Shown: positions 11,183-24,700 of the stretch, in pieces
Layout of the letters: every line of letters starts with the position of its first letter
Numbering within the stretch: position 1 is the first letter of the stretch
Source: Leucoraja erinacea
Taxonomy: Eukaryota
Direction: 5' to 3'
Assembly: GCF_028641065.1 (NCBI RefSeq)
Contig: NC_073394.1
Coordinates: 41,478,001 to 41,542,000 of the forward strand
Length of the DNA: 64,000 bases
Program-made: the position numbers and the translations under genes
Notes under the pieces: generated by a model
The model's input: only the letters and a program-made list of their open reading frames with translations
Told to the model about the DNA's origin: nothing
The model's database searches: none

Positions 11183-14100
11183 GTAAGGCGGAGCTGGGAC
11201 GCTACCTCTCTCACAACCAGAGGCAAGGGCGACACTGCCGCCGCATCCCGACTCCCCCTCACCAAGGAATGCACACTCACACCAGTGTACACTCACACTC
11301 ACTCCAGTGTACACTCACACTCACTCCAGTGTACACTCGCACTCACTCCAGTGTACACTCACTTCCACACCAGTGTACACTCACACTCACTCCAGTGTAC
11401 ACTCACTTCCACACCAGTGTACACTCACTTCCACACCAGTGTACACTCACTTCCACACCAGTGTACACTCACACTCACTCCAGTGTACACTCACACTCAC
11501 TCCAGTGTACACTCACTTCCACACCAGTGTACACTCACTTCCACACCAGTGTACACTCACACTCACTCCAGTGTACACTCACTTCCACACCAGTGTACAC
11601 TCACTTCCACACCAGTGTACACTCACTTCCACACAGTGTACCACACCAGTGTACACTCACACTCACTCCAGTGTACACTCACTTCCACACCAGTGTACAC
11701 TCACTTCCACACCAGTGTACACTCACACTCACTCCAGTGTACACTCACACTCACTCCAGTGTACACTCACACTCACTCCAGTGTACACTCACCTCCACAC
11801 CAGTGTACACTCACACCAGTGTACACTCACACCAGTGTACACTCACACTCACTCCAGTGTACACTCACTTCCACAACAGTGTACACTCACACTCACTCCA
11901 GTGTACACTCACACTCACAACAGTGTACACTCACACTCACTCCAGTGTACACTCACTTCCACAACAGTGTACACTCACACTCACACCAGTGTACACTCGC
12001 ACTCACTCCAGTGTATACTCACTCCAGTGCACACTCACACTCACTCCAATGTACACTCACACTCACTCCAGTGTACACTCACTTCCACACCAGTGTACGC
12101 TCACACTCACTCCAGTGTACACCCACACCAGTGTACGCTCACTCTCACACTTATGTACACTCAATCTCACACCAACATACACGCTTTCACCAATGCCCAT
12201 TTACTCTCACCGATGTACACACACTCACACATATGTACACACAATCAAACACCAATGCACACTCAATCTCACACCACTACACAGTTTCCCACCAATGTAC
12301 ACTCAATCTCACACCTACCAGTGACAAGTTGCATTGATACTAAATGTTCTCTGCACTCTTTACAGTTTATTGCCATAAATCTGAAAAAGGTGCAGAGAGG
12401 ATTCAGCAGGATTTTGGCAGGGCCTGAGCTCTGGGGAGAGGTTGGGCAGGCTGGGACTATTCCTTGGAGGGCAGGAGGCTGAGGGGTGATCTTATAGAGG
12501 TGTATACTATCACGAGGGGAATAGATAAATATACACTCTTGCTCGGGGTAGGGGAATCAAGAACCATATAGGTTTAAGGTGAGGGGAGAAAGATTTAATA
12601 GGAACCTGAAGGACAATGTTTATCAACAAAAATCTGGGGTAGATAAGAATGCTGGAGAAACTCAACATCTATGGAGCGAAGGAATAGGTGACATTTTGGG
12701 TCGAGACCCTTCTTCAGATTATTGGGATTATTTTGCTAAAGTGAATACGAATTCATGATACATTTTCAAGTGCTGTGTACGTAGTTTGCACGTTTTCCCC
12801 GTAACTGCGTGGGTTTTTCCCCGGGTGCTCCAGTTTATGTAAACTTATAAATTGTCCCTAGTGTGTAGGGTCATAAGAACATAAGTGATGGGAGTAGAAT
12901 TAGGCCATTTGGCCCATCAAGTCTACTCCAACATTCAGTCATGGCTGATCTATCTCCCTCCTAACCCGATTCTCCTGCCTTCTCCCCATAACCTCTGACA
13001 CCCGTCCTAATCAAAAATCTATCTATCGCAGCCTTAACTATATCCACTGACTGCCTCCACAGCCCTCTGTGGCAAAGAATCCCACAGATTCACCAGGATA
13101 GTGCTCGTGTATCGCTGGTTGGCATGGACTCGATGGGCCAAAGGGGCTGTTTCCACTCTATCTCTAAACTAAATTTTCACACTGCACCACCGGGGCAAAA
13201 TTCTCTAAACATTTGTTTCCTACTTTTTGTTTGGCGATTTGTTTGTAGACGGGCAACTTGTTTCTCTATGATTGCAGAAGGAGGAGATCTGGTTGTGTCA
13301 ATGAATTCAAAAACGGTGGAAGTCTTTGTGAATAAAGATGCCCTTCTTGAATGCCGAGTGTCTGGTTACAAAACCAGTGAGATCGACCTTCAAAATGTGG
13401 GTGTCATCTGGTACCTTACAAGGTTGGGGGCCCCCAAGGAGGAAGTGTATAAATTCAGCGCAGGAACGCATACACCTTACAGAAAAGATGCTGCGATTTT
13501 TGATGATGAGTTAAAGAAGGGAATTGCCTCTCTCTTCCTGCCACTTGTTCAATTTGATGAAGAAGGAGATTATACCTGCGTAGTCTTCATCAGCCCGGAC
13601 CAGGGAAGCGGCAAATCTACAATGATTGTTTCAGGTAAAAACAATTAATAAATATTTCAGGCATGCACAGTAGATCTGCTATCTCACATTCCAGAGACAC
13701 CGGTTCGATCCTGACCTCGTCAGTGTGGAGTTTGTACGTTTTCCCTGTAATTGGTTTGCTCCAGGTTCCTCCCACCCTCTAAACATGTGCAGGTTTGTAG
13801 GTTAATTGGCGTTGGTAAAATTATTAAATTGTCCCTACTGTGTAGGATAGTGCTAGTGTACGGGGTGATTGCTGGTTGGCATGGACTCGGTGGTCTAAAG
13901 TGCCTGTTTGCACTCCGTATCTCTAAAGCCTGAAGTCTAATGAATTTGTCCTCTGTTTATATGTCTTTGACATTTTCACCCAGGGATTAAACATTCTGAC
14001 AATCTACTCTTTGAAACGGATCACAAAAGATTATTCACTCAATCGTTATATATATGTAATTGCAAGCTGTGTAGCTATACACCTGTAAACTAAAAATAAA

Positions 14101-17100
14101 AATACCCAACACATCTCCACCATGTGTCTACACAACCTCCCCCAACATTCCAGAGAAAACAATGCAAGTCTGTCCAACTTCTCCTTGTAGCTAATACCAC
14201 CTAATACATCAACTTTCTACCCGGAAAAGGACATAAAATGCTGGAGTAACCCATGTGTTCCGACTCGAAACATCACCTGTCCATGTTCTCCAGGGATGCT
14301 GCCTGACCCACTTTTAATCCAACAATTGGTGTCTTTTTGTGAACCAGCCCACCTACAGTTCTATACATCAGCATTCTAGTTGATTGTGGGGAAAGACTGT
14401 GGGTGGCACAGTGATAGATTTGCTGCCTTCCAGTGCCAGTGACTCAAGTTCCATCCTGACTACGGGTGCTATCTGTATGGAGTCTGTACATTTTCCCTGT
14501 CACCGTGTGGACTTCTGTAAATTGCCGCTAGTGTGTAAGATAGAATTAATGTACGGGGTGATTGATGGTCAGCGCAGACTCGATGGGCCGAAGGTGCATC
14601 TCGAACCTAAACTAAACGTTTCTTTTTGTGCACTCATTACTTGTTTTGGATTAGAAACATAGAAAATAGGTGCAAGAGGAGGCCATTCGGCCCTTCGAGC
14701 TTGCAATTCATTGTGATCGTGGTCATGGTCATGGTGATCATGGTCATCTCCTATCAATAACCCGTGCCTGCCTTCTCCCCATATCCCTTGACTCCACTAG
14801 CCCCTAGAGCTCTAGCTCTCTCTTAAATCCATCCAGTGACTTGGCCTCCACTGTGGCAGGGAATTCCATAAATTCACAACTCTCTGGGTGAAAACATTTT
14901 TTCTCACCTCGGTCTTAAATGACCTCCCCTTTATTCCACGACTGGCCCCTGCTTCTGGACTCGCCCAACAGTGGGAACATTTTTCCTGCATCTAGCTTGT
15001 CCAGTCCTTTTATAATTTTATATGTTTCTATAAGAACACCCCTCATCCTTCTAAACTCCATGTGAATACAAGCCTAGTCTTTTCAATCTTTCCTCATATG
15101 ACAGTCTCGCCATCCCAGGGATCAATCTCATGAACCTACGCTGCACTGCTTCAATCACAATGATGTCCTTCCTCAAATTAGGAGACCAAAACCGTACATA
15201 ATACTCCAGATGTGGTCTCACCAGAGCCCTATACAACTGCAGAATAACCTCTTTACTCCTATACTAAAATCCTCTTGTTATGAAGGCCAACATTCCATTA
15301 GCCTTCTTCACCACCTGCTGTACCTGTAAGCCAACTTTCAGTGACCGGTGTACAAGGACACCCAGGTCTAGCTGTACCTCCCCCTTACCTAACCTAACCC
15401 CATTGAGATAATAATCTGCCCCCTTGTTTTTGCTGCCAAAGTGGATAACCTCACATTTATCTATATTATACTGCATCTGCCCACTCACTCAACCTGCCCA
15501 GGTCATCCTGCAACCTCCTAACATCCTCTTGACAGTTCACACTGCCACCCAGCTTTGTGTCATCCGCAAACTTGCTTGTGTTGCTCCTAATTCCCTCTTC
15601 CAAATCATTAATATATATGGTAAATAGTTGCGGCCCCAACACCGAGCCTTGCGGCACTCCACTCGCCACTGCCTGCTTTTCTGAAAAGGACCCGTTCACT
15701 CCTACTCTTTGCTTCCGGTCTGCCAACCAATTTTCTATCCATGTCAACACCCTACCCCCGGCACCCCTTCCCCCAATACCATGTGCTCTAATTTTAGTCA
15801 CCAGTCTCCTGTGCGGGACCTTATCAAAGGCTTTCTGAAAGCCTAGTACACTACATCCACTGGCACCCCTTCATCCATTTTACTTGTCACATCCTCAGAA
15901 AATTCCAGAAGATTAGTCAAGCATGATTTCCCTTTTATAAATCCATGTTGACTTGGGCTAATCCTTTTACTGCTATCCAAATGCCCCATTATTACCTCTT
16001 TAATAATTGACTCCAGCATCTTTCCCACCATCGAAGTCAGGCTAACTGGTCTGTAATTCCCCATTTTCTCTCTCGCTCCTTTCTTGAAAAGTGGGATAAC
16101 ATTAGCTATCCTCCAATCCACAGGAACTGATCCTGAATCTATTGAACATTGGAAAATGATCACCAATGCGTCCACTATTTCTAGAGTCACCTCCCTGAGG
16201 AACCTGGGATACAGGCCATCAGGTCCAGGGGATTTATCATCCTTCAGTCCCATTCGCCTATCAAATACTATTTCTCGCCTAATGAACATTTCTTTCAGTT
16301 CCTCTACCCTCTTAGATCCTCCGTCCTCCAGTACATATAACCATATAACCATATAACAATTACAGCACGGAAACAGGCCATCTCGGCCCTACAAGTCCGT
16401 GCCGAACAACTTTTTTTCCCTTAGTCCCACCTGCCCGCACTCGTACCATAACCCTCCATTCCCTTCTCATCCATATGCCTATCCAATTTATTTTTAAATG
16501 ATACCAACGAACCTGCCGCCGCCACTTCCACTGGAAGCTCATTCCACACCGCTACCACTCTCTGAGTAAAGAAGTTCCCCCTCATGTTACCCCTAAACTT
16601 CTGTCGGTTAATACATCTGGGAGATTGTTTGTGTCTTCCTTAGTGAAGACAGATCCAAAGTACCTATTCAACTCTTCTGCCATTTCCTTGTTGCCCATAA
16701 TAATTTCACCCGTGTCTGCCTTCAAGGGACCCACATTTGACTTTTGCTACTCTTTTCCCCTTAACATATCTAAAGAAGCTTTTACTGTCCTTTATATTCC
16801 TGGCCAGCTTCCCTTCATACTTCATCTTTTCAGCCCGTTTTGTTTCCTTCTGTTGTCCTATGAAAGTTTCCCAATCCTCTGGCTTCCGGCTACTCTTTGC
16901 TGTGTTATACATATTTCCTTTTAGTTTTATTCTATCCCTAACGTCTCTTGTCAGCCATTCCCTTAGAATCCCTAACGTCTCTTGTCCTACTTCCCTTAGA
17001 GTTTCTTCGTTTTTGGAATGAAATGATCCTGCGTCTTCCGGATTATGCCCAGAAATTCCTGCCATTGCTGTTCCACCGTAATTCCTGCTAGGATCCCTTT

Positions 17101-20100
17101 CCAGTCTATCTTGGCTAGCTCCCCTCTCATGCCTTCATAGTTCCCTTTGTTCACCTGCATCACTGCCACTTCCGATTTAACCTTCTCCTTCTCAAATTGC
17201 AGATTAAAACTAATCATATTATGATCACTACCTCCGAGCGGTTCCTTTACCTCGAGTTCTCTTATCATATCTGGTTCATTGGACAACACTAAATCCAGAA
17301 TTGCCTTTTCTCTGGTTGGCTCGATTACAAGCTGCTCTAAGAATCCATCTCGGAGGCACTCTACAAACTCTCTTTCTTGGGGTCCTGAACCAACCTAATT
17401 TTCCCAGTCTACCTGCATATTGAAATCCCCCATCACCACAGTGGCATTACCTTTGTTACATGCCAGTTTTAACTCCTGCTGCAACTTACACCCTACATCC
17501 AGGCTACTATTTGGGGGTCTGTAGATCACACCAATTAGTGTCTTCTTGCCTTTACAATTCCTCAACTCAATCCACAGTGACTCTACCTCGTCAATCCCTA
17601 TGTCACCCCTCGCAAGGGACTGAATTCCATCCCTCACCAGCAGAGCTACCCCCCCCCCTCCTCTGCCCACCTGCCTGTCCTTTCTATAGGATGTATAACC
17701 CTGAATATTAAGTTCCCAGGCCCGATCCTCCTGCAGCCACGTCTCAGTAAAAAAAATAAAATGAAAAAAAAAAAAAAAAAGTAATCCCCACAATGTCATA
17801 TCTACCAACCTCTAACTGAGCCTCAAGCTCATCTACTTTACTTCTTATACTTCACATATTCATATACAATACTTTTAATTCCTTACGCATCTCACCTTTC
17901 ACATCGATCCCTATTACACTTGGCCATAGGCTCCTATCTCTTTGTGAGCTTCCTTTCCCGTTAATTCTGGGGTCATTAACCATCCCTCTGCTCCCTTTCC
18001 CTTTAACTCCGTCCTCGACTATCCCATTCAACACCCCACCCCCCTTATTCAGTTTAAAGCCACCCGTGTAGCAGTGGCAAACCTGCCTGCCGGAATGCTG
18101 GTCGCCCACCTGTTAAGATGCAATCCGTCCCTTTTGTACAGTTCTCCCTTACTCCAAAACAGATCTCAGTGATCTAAGAATCTAAATCCCTGCCCCGTGG
18201 GCCAGTTCCTCAGCCACACGTTCAGGTCCTGTATCTCCCTGTTCCTGCTCTCGCCAGCACGAGGAACTGGAAGCAAACCGGAGATAACAACCCTGGAGGT
18301 CCTGCTTTTTAGCATTTTTCCGAGCTCTCTAAAGTCACGCTGCAGAATATTCATCCCCTTCTTTCCGACATCGTTTGTGCCGACATGCACTACCACTTGC
18401 GGATGTTCACCTTCGCCCTTGAGGATTTTCTGCAATCTGTCCGTGACATCCTGGATCCTGGCACCAGGAAGGCAGCACACCATCCTCGAATCCCGTCTGT
18501 TGCCGCAGAAACCCCTGTCTGTACCTCTCACAATGGAGTTTCCAACTACAATGGCGTTGCCTGACGTAGGCCTCTTTGGTTTTGGCTCAACAGCCCTTTT
18601 TGCTTCGCAAGCCAGTCCACCGCTCGGTGTGATAACGTCATCTGTCCCGACAGCTTCTAAGTGGGTGAACCTGTTCACAAGAGGTACAACACCCGGGGAC
18701 TTTTGCATTCCGGATTAAAAAGATATTTTAAAATGTCGACTAATATCAAATGACTATTAGGCATGCTGGCTCGTGTGGGCAGATTGGGCTGAAGGGCCTG
18801 TTTCCACACTGTATGACTAACATTGATTATTATCTTCACAGCTAAACCACAAATGAGTTTATCCGCAACTGCGATCACAATTGAGAATGGGACGGAGAAA
18901 TCGGTGAAATGTGACAGTACTGCGTTTTACCCCTTGGCCATTCAGATAAGCTGGCTCAAGAAATCAAAGAGTGGAGAACAGAAGATCCTAGACCACATTT
19001 GCACAGGATCTCCTGTTAAAAATGAGGATGGAACCTACAATGTGTCGAGCCACATGAGGCTACGTCCAACACTCCAGGACGATGGTAACACTTATGTCTG
19101 CATAGTGAGACATAGATCACTTGGTAAGGACACAGAGTTGACCACCCATCTGACTGTCAGAGGTAAGTTTAATTTCAGTTATAGAGGTAATGTGGAAAGA
19201 GGCCCTTCAGCCCAATGAATCCACACCGACTTATTGATCGGCCAAATATGGGGAGGTTAGTCTGGAGTAGATGGGTATCTTGGACAGTATGGACAAGTTG
19301 GGTTGAAGGGCATTTGTCTGTGTGGCAAGATTCTAACTGATTGAAAGATACAGCATGGAAACAGGCCCTTCGGCCCACCAAATCCATGCCAACCATCGAT
19401 CACCTATGTCAACAAAATAGAGGGAGTACAGAGGAGATTTACTAGAATGTTGCCTGGGTTTCAGCAACTAAGTTACAGAGAAAGGTTGAAAAAGTAAGGG
19501 CTTTATTCTTTGAGCGCAGAAGGTTAAGGGGGGACTTGATAGAGGTTTTTAAAATGATGAGAGGGATAGACAGAGTTGACGTGGAAAAGCTTTTCCCACT
19601 GAGAGTAGGGAAGATTCAAACAAGGGGACATGACATGAGAATTAAGGGACTGAAGTTTAGGGGTAACATGAGGGGGAACTTCTTTACTCAGAGAGTGGTA
19701 GCTGTGTGGAATGAGCTTCCAGTGAAGGTGGTGGAGGCAGGTTCGTTTTTATCATTTAAAAATAAATTGGATAGTTATATGGATGGGAAGGGAATGGAGG
19801 GTTATGGTCTGAGCGCAGGTATATGGGACTAGGGGAGATTATGTATTCGGCACGGACTAGAAGGGTCGAGATGGCCTGTTTCCGTGCTGTAATTGTTATA
19901 TGGTTATATGGTTACCTGTTCACACTAGTTTTATGTTATCCCACTTTCTTATCCACTCCCTGCACACTAGGTAGACAGAAATGCTGGAGAAACTCAGCAG
20001 GTGAGGCAGCATCAATGGAGTGAAGGAATAGGTGACGTTTCGGGTCGAGACCCTTCTTCAAACTGATGTGGGTGGGGGGGGGGGGGGGCGTTAAGAAGAA

Positions 20101-21693
20101 AGGAAGAGGCAGAGACAGTGGGATGTGAGAGAGCTGGGAAGGGGAATGAAGGCGGGAGAAAGCAAGGACTACCTGAAATTGGAGAAGTCAATGTTCAAAA
20201 TATGAGGTGCTGCTCCTCCAATTTACGGTGGGACTCACTCTGGCCATGGAGAAGGCCCAGGACAGAAAGGTCACTACACCAATTGGTGTATGTGGCAATG
20301 AATGAAACATTGAGATGAGGTTCTCACCGGGGTCTCCTCTATATCCCGTAGCTCAACTCTCACTCCCCATCCCCACTCGTAACAAGGACAGAGTCCCCCT
20401 TGTCCTCACCTTCCACCCCATCAGCCGCCACAAACAACAGATAATACTCCAACATTTTTGCCACCTCCAACGGGATCCCACCACAGGCCAAATCTTCCCA
20501 TCTCCTCCCATTTCAGCTTTCCGTAGAGACGGCTCCCCACGTAACTCCCTGGTCAATTTGTCCCTTCCCACCCAAACTACCCGCTCCCCTGGTACTTTCC
20601 CTTGCAACCGCAGGAAATGCCACACTTGTCACTTTACCTCCCCCCGCGACTCCACCCAAGGACCCAAGCAGTCTTTCCAGGTGAGGCAGAGGTTCACCTG
20701 CACCTCCTCCAACCTCATCTATTGCATCCGCTGCTCTAGGTGTCAACTACTCTTTTTCGGTGAGACCATGCGCAGGTTTGGCAATCACTTCGCCCAACAT
20801 CTCCGCTTGGTTCGTATTAACCAACCTGATCTCCCGGTGGCTCAGTACTTCATCTTCCCCTCCCATTCCGAATCCGACCTTTCTGTCCTGAGCCTCCTCC
20901 ATGGCCAGAGTGAGTCACACCTCAAATTGGAGGAGCAGCACTTCATATTTTGCTTGGGTAGTTTACACCCCAGCGATATGAACATTAACTTCTCCAATTT
21001 CAGGTAGTCCTTGTTTTATATCTGCAATAATCTAAAATGGCACACCAACGCAGACCATATCATCAAGATAGGACAACAACGCCTATACTTCTTCAGACAG
21101 CTCAAAATGTTCAGAGTCCACAAACACCTCCTGGTCCGTTTCTATCAATCCATCATTGAAAGCATCATCACCTCCCCAATCACAGTCTGGTACGGAAACA
21201 CTGACAGTCACTCACTGCACAGATTACAGCGCATTGTCTCCAAGGCCTCCAGGATCATCAACTCCCCCCTCCCCTCAATCCATTCCATTTATCTCCAACG
21301 TACCTCAAAATGGGCAATAAAGATCATTTCGGACCCCTCCCATCCAGCAAACCACCTTTTTCAGTCTCTCCCTTCGGGGAGACGCCTCGGGTCACTTGCT
21401 ACAAAATCCACCTGCTTTAAAAACAGTTTCTTCCCCTCAGCAATAAGAACACTTCATTCCTTCCAATAACCAGACAATACTAAGACTTTTGATGTATACA
21501 ATGTCTTGTCTATGGTCTCTTGTTTGTTCTTTTGCTCTATGTATTGTTGGTGAGATTTGTGATTTGTGATGTGGTATGGATGCACTTTATTACTGTGATC
21601 TGTGTTGTTATTAGTGTTAATGTGACTAAAGCAGTGTACCATCATGTACCAAACCCACATACCACCAACCCTGGTCGTGTGGCAAATAAAGAT

Positions 21694-21740
<47 letters not shown>

Positions 21741-24700
21741 CTCCCCTTCCCAGCTCTCCCACAGCCTACTTACTGTCTCCACCTCTTCCTTTCTTTTTCC
21801 TGCCCCCCCAATTTAGATCAGTCTGAAGAAGGGTCTCGACCCGAAACGTCACTTATTCCTTTGCTCCATCGATGCTGCCTCACCTGTTGAGTTTCTCCAG
21901 CATTTTGGTCTTCCTTCGATTCATCCTGCATCTACAGTTCTTTCTTAAACAACCCTGCACACCAGGAGGCATTTATTTATGTAAACCAACATCTGCAGCA
22001 AGGAATCTGGCCAAACTTGCCTATGCCGATCAAGATGCCTCATCTAAGCTAGTCCCACCTGCCCGCGTTTAGTCCATGGCCCTCTCAACCTTTCTTATCC
22101 ATGTATCTGTCCAAGTGTCTTTTAAATGTAGTTATTGCACCTGCCTCAACTACCTCTTCTGGCAGCTCGTTCCATATACACCTGTATGGAAAAAAGTTGT
22201 CCCTCAGGTTCCCTTTAAATCTTTCCCTTACTTATGTCCCCCGATTTTGTAATCTTATGGTATTAACCTGAAATTCAAAGCTCCTCTACTGGTATACTGG
22301 GTCAGGCTACATCTCTCGAAAACATGGATAGGTGACATTTCAAATCGGGACTCTTCAAGTCTTGCATTTTAATGCGAGCAGTTTGGAACACAAAATCTAG
22401 ACGTTTTGGAACAAAAATGAATTGTGCCGGGCATTCATTCTCAATAGAGACCAGACACACCAAGTTGTGAAGCAGCGTTACAAAGCAAATTCATCAAATA
22501 CATTTGAGAGTGTTGTCTGAAGCAAAATATCCCGGATCCAATAAGGAATACTAGTTTCGCTTAGTTTAGAGATACAGCGTGGAAACCGACCCTTCGGCCC
22601 TCTGAGTCCATGTCAACCATGTACATTAGTTCTCTGTTAGACAAAACTCAGCGGGTGAGGCGGCATCTATGGAGCGAAGGAAATGGGCAACATTTTGGGC
22701 CAAAACCCTTCTTCAGACTGATGTCTGGTCATCACACGCCTCAGCACTGGTGAGTAAGGCAAGGCAGCGCCTTTACCACCTCAGGCAATTGAGGAAATTC
22801 AGAGTGTCTCCGAGGATCCTCCAGTGCTTCTATGCAGCGGCGGTGGAAAGCATCTTGTCCGGGAACATTACCATCTGGTTCGGGAATTGCTCTGCCAAGG
22901 TCAAGAAGGCTCTGCAGAGAGTAGTGCGTTCGGCCGAACGCACTATGGGAACTTCACTCACCCTCCTGCAGGAACTATACAACAGGAGGTGCAACTCCAG
23001 AGCAAACAAAATCATGAGAGACCTCTTCCACCCCTGCAACGGACTGTTCCAGCCGCTACGGTCAGGCAAACGCCTCCGTTGCCATGCGGTGAGAACGGAG
23101 AGGTTGAGAAGGAGTTTCTTCCCAGAGGCAATTCGGACTGTAAACGCCTTTCTCACCAGGGACTAACTGTACAGAACGTTTTTCCTTCTATTATTTATTA
23201 TGTAAAATAATATGCGTGTTATGATTGTGTTTATAATTTGTTTGGATGTTTTGTTGTTCCGCGAGCATTGCCACTTTCATTTCACTGCACATCTCGTATG
23301 TGTATGTGACAAATAAACTTGACTTGACTTGACTTGACTTGACTTGATGTGAGGGGGGGGGGGGGGGGGGAGAAGGGGAAAAAGAAAGGAAGAGGTGGAG
23401 CCAGTGGGCAGAGGGAGAGCTGAGAAGGGGAGGAAAAAGTAAAGACTACCTGAAAGCAGAGAAGTTAATGTTCATACCGTTGGGGTGCAAACTGCCCAGG
23501 CGAAATATGAGGTGCTGCTCATCCACAGATGGTCCTCATTCTGGCCATGTAGGAGGCCGTTCTCTATTATCCCAGTTTTGCATCCTGCACACAAGGGAGA
23601 ATTTACAGAATCCAATTAACTCACAATCCCGAACGACTTTGGCATGTGGGAGGAAACCGAATCACCCGGAGGAAACTCACGAGGTCACATACTCCGCACA
23701 GTTAGCAACCGGAGTCAGGATCGAACCCAGGTTTAGATTACTTGATTGTCATTTGTACTGAGGTACATTGAAAAGCTTTTCTTTATCTCTGGCACTGTGA
23801 GGCAGCAACTCTACCGCTGTGCTACTATGCTGCCTATGTCGTTGTTTTGGAAATAGTCTTGTGTAATGAATATAGGTTTTTTTGCTAATTGTTATTAAAA
23901 CTTTTTTTCTTACAGAGCCAGAAGTCGTTGTGCCAGGGGGAATAATAACAGGCTGTGTTATTGGTAGTATACTGCTGTGTTCCTTGTTTATGATCGGAGG
24001 ATTTTTAATGTATCTAAAGATTTTAAAAAAAGGTAAAGTTTCCTTCCCTGAACATTCAAAACAGTTTTGCCTAAGATCGTTTTTTGTGTTTGATATGGTA
24101 TGGTTTAGACTGCCTGCCTCCAACAGACACAACATTGAGTATAAGAGGCAGCTTTTTAGGACTTTAGTTAGGCCATATTTGGAGTAGTGCATGCAGTTAT
24201 GCTCGCTACTTTACAAGAAGGATGTGGAGGCATGGGGAGAGGTTTACCACAATGCTGCCTGGGTTAGAGGGTATTAAATACGGGAAAGATTGGACAAACT
24301 TGAGTGGTGAATCTCTGGAACTCTCTGCCACAGAAGGTAGTTGAGGCCAGTTCTTTGGCTATATTTAAGAGTGAGTTAGATGTGGCCCTTGTGGCTAAAG
24401 GGATCAGGAGGTATGGCGAGAAGGCAGGTACAGGATACTGAGTTGGATGATCAGCCATGATCATATTGAATGGCGAATGGTGCAGGCTCGAAGGGCCGAA
24501 TGGCCTACTCCTGCACCTATTTTCTATGTTTCTAAACTTTGATTATTTTCTCTAGAGTGAGGAAAAGGCTGAGGAAAGATCTGATAGAAATTATCAAATT
24601 ATGCGAAGCATAGATAATCAGAATCTTATCCCTGGGGTGGAAATGTCAAAGACCAGAGGTCATAACTTTAAGATGAGAGGGGCAAAGTTTTATGGAGATA

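Noticed and set aside
10759-12482. Long ORFs of 521, 446 and 391 aa
   Set aside because: They arise from a stop-free minisatellite. Only 11107-11182 looks like real coding sequence.
18166-18708. SGNH/GDSL esterase ORF as a host gene
   Set aside because: It is the known ORF1 domain of CR1, directly upstream of APE-RT.
13278-19162. Tapasin/TAPBPL, SIRP or antigen-receptor identity for V-C1
   Set aside because: There is no tapasin N-terminal domain and no RSS or J segments. The motif pattern (GDLxVxM, GxxW, TGxPxKNxDGTxNV) fits B7-H6 best. A phylogeny is still needed.
24005-24022. ITIM-like LMYLKI
   Set aside because: It lies at the membrane boundary of the TM helix and is unlikely to be accessible.
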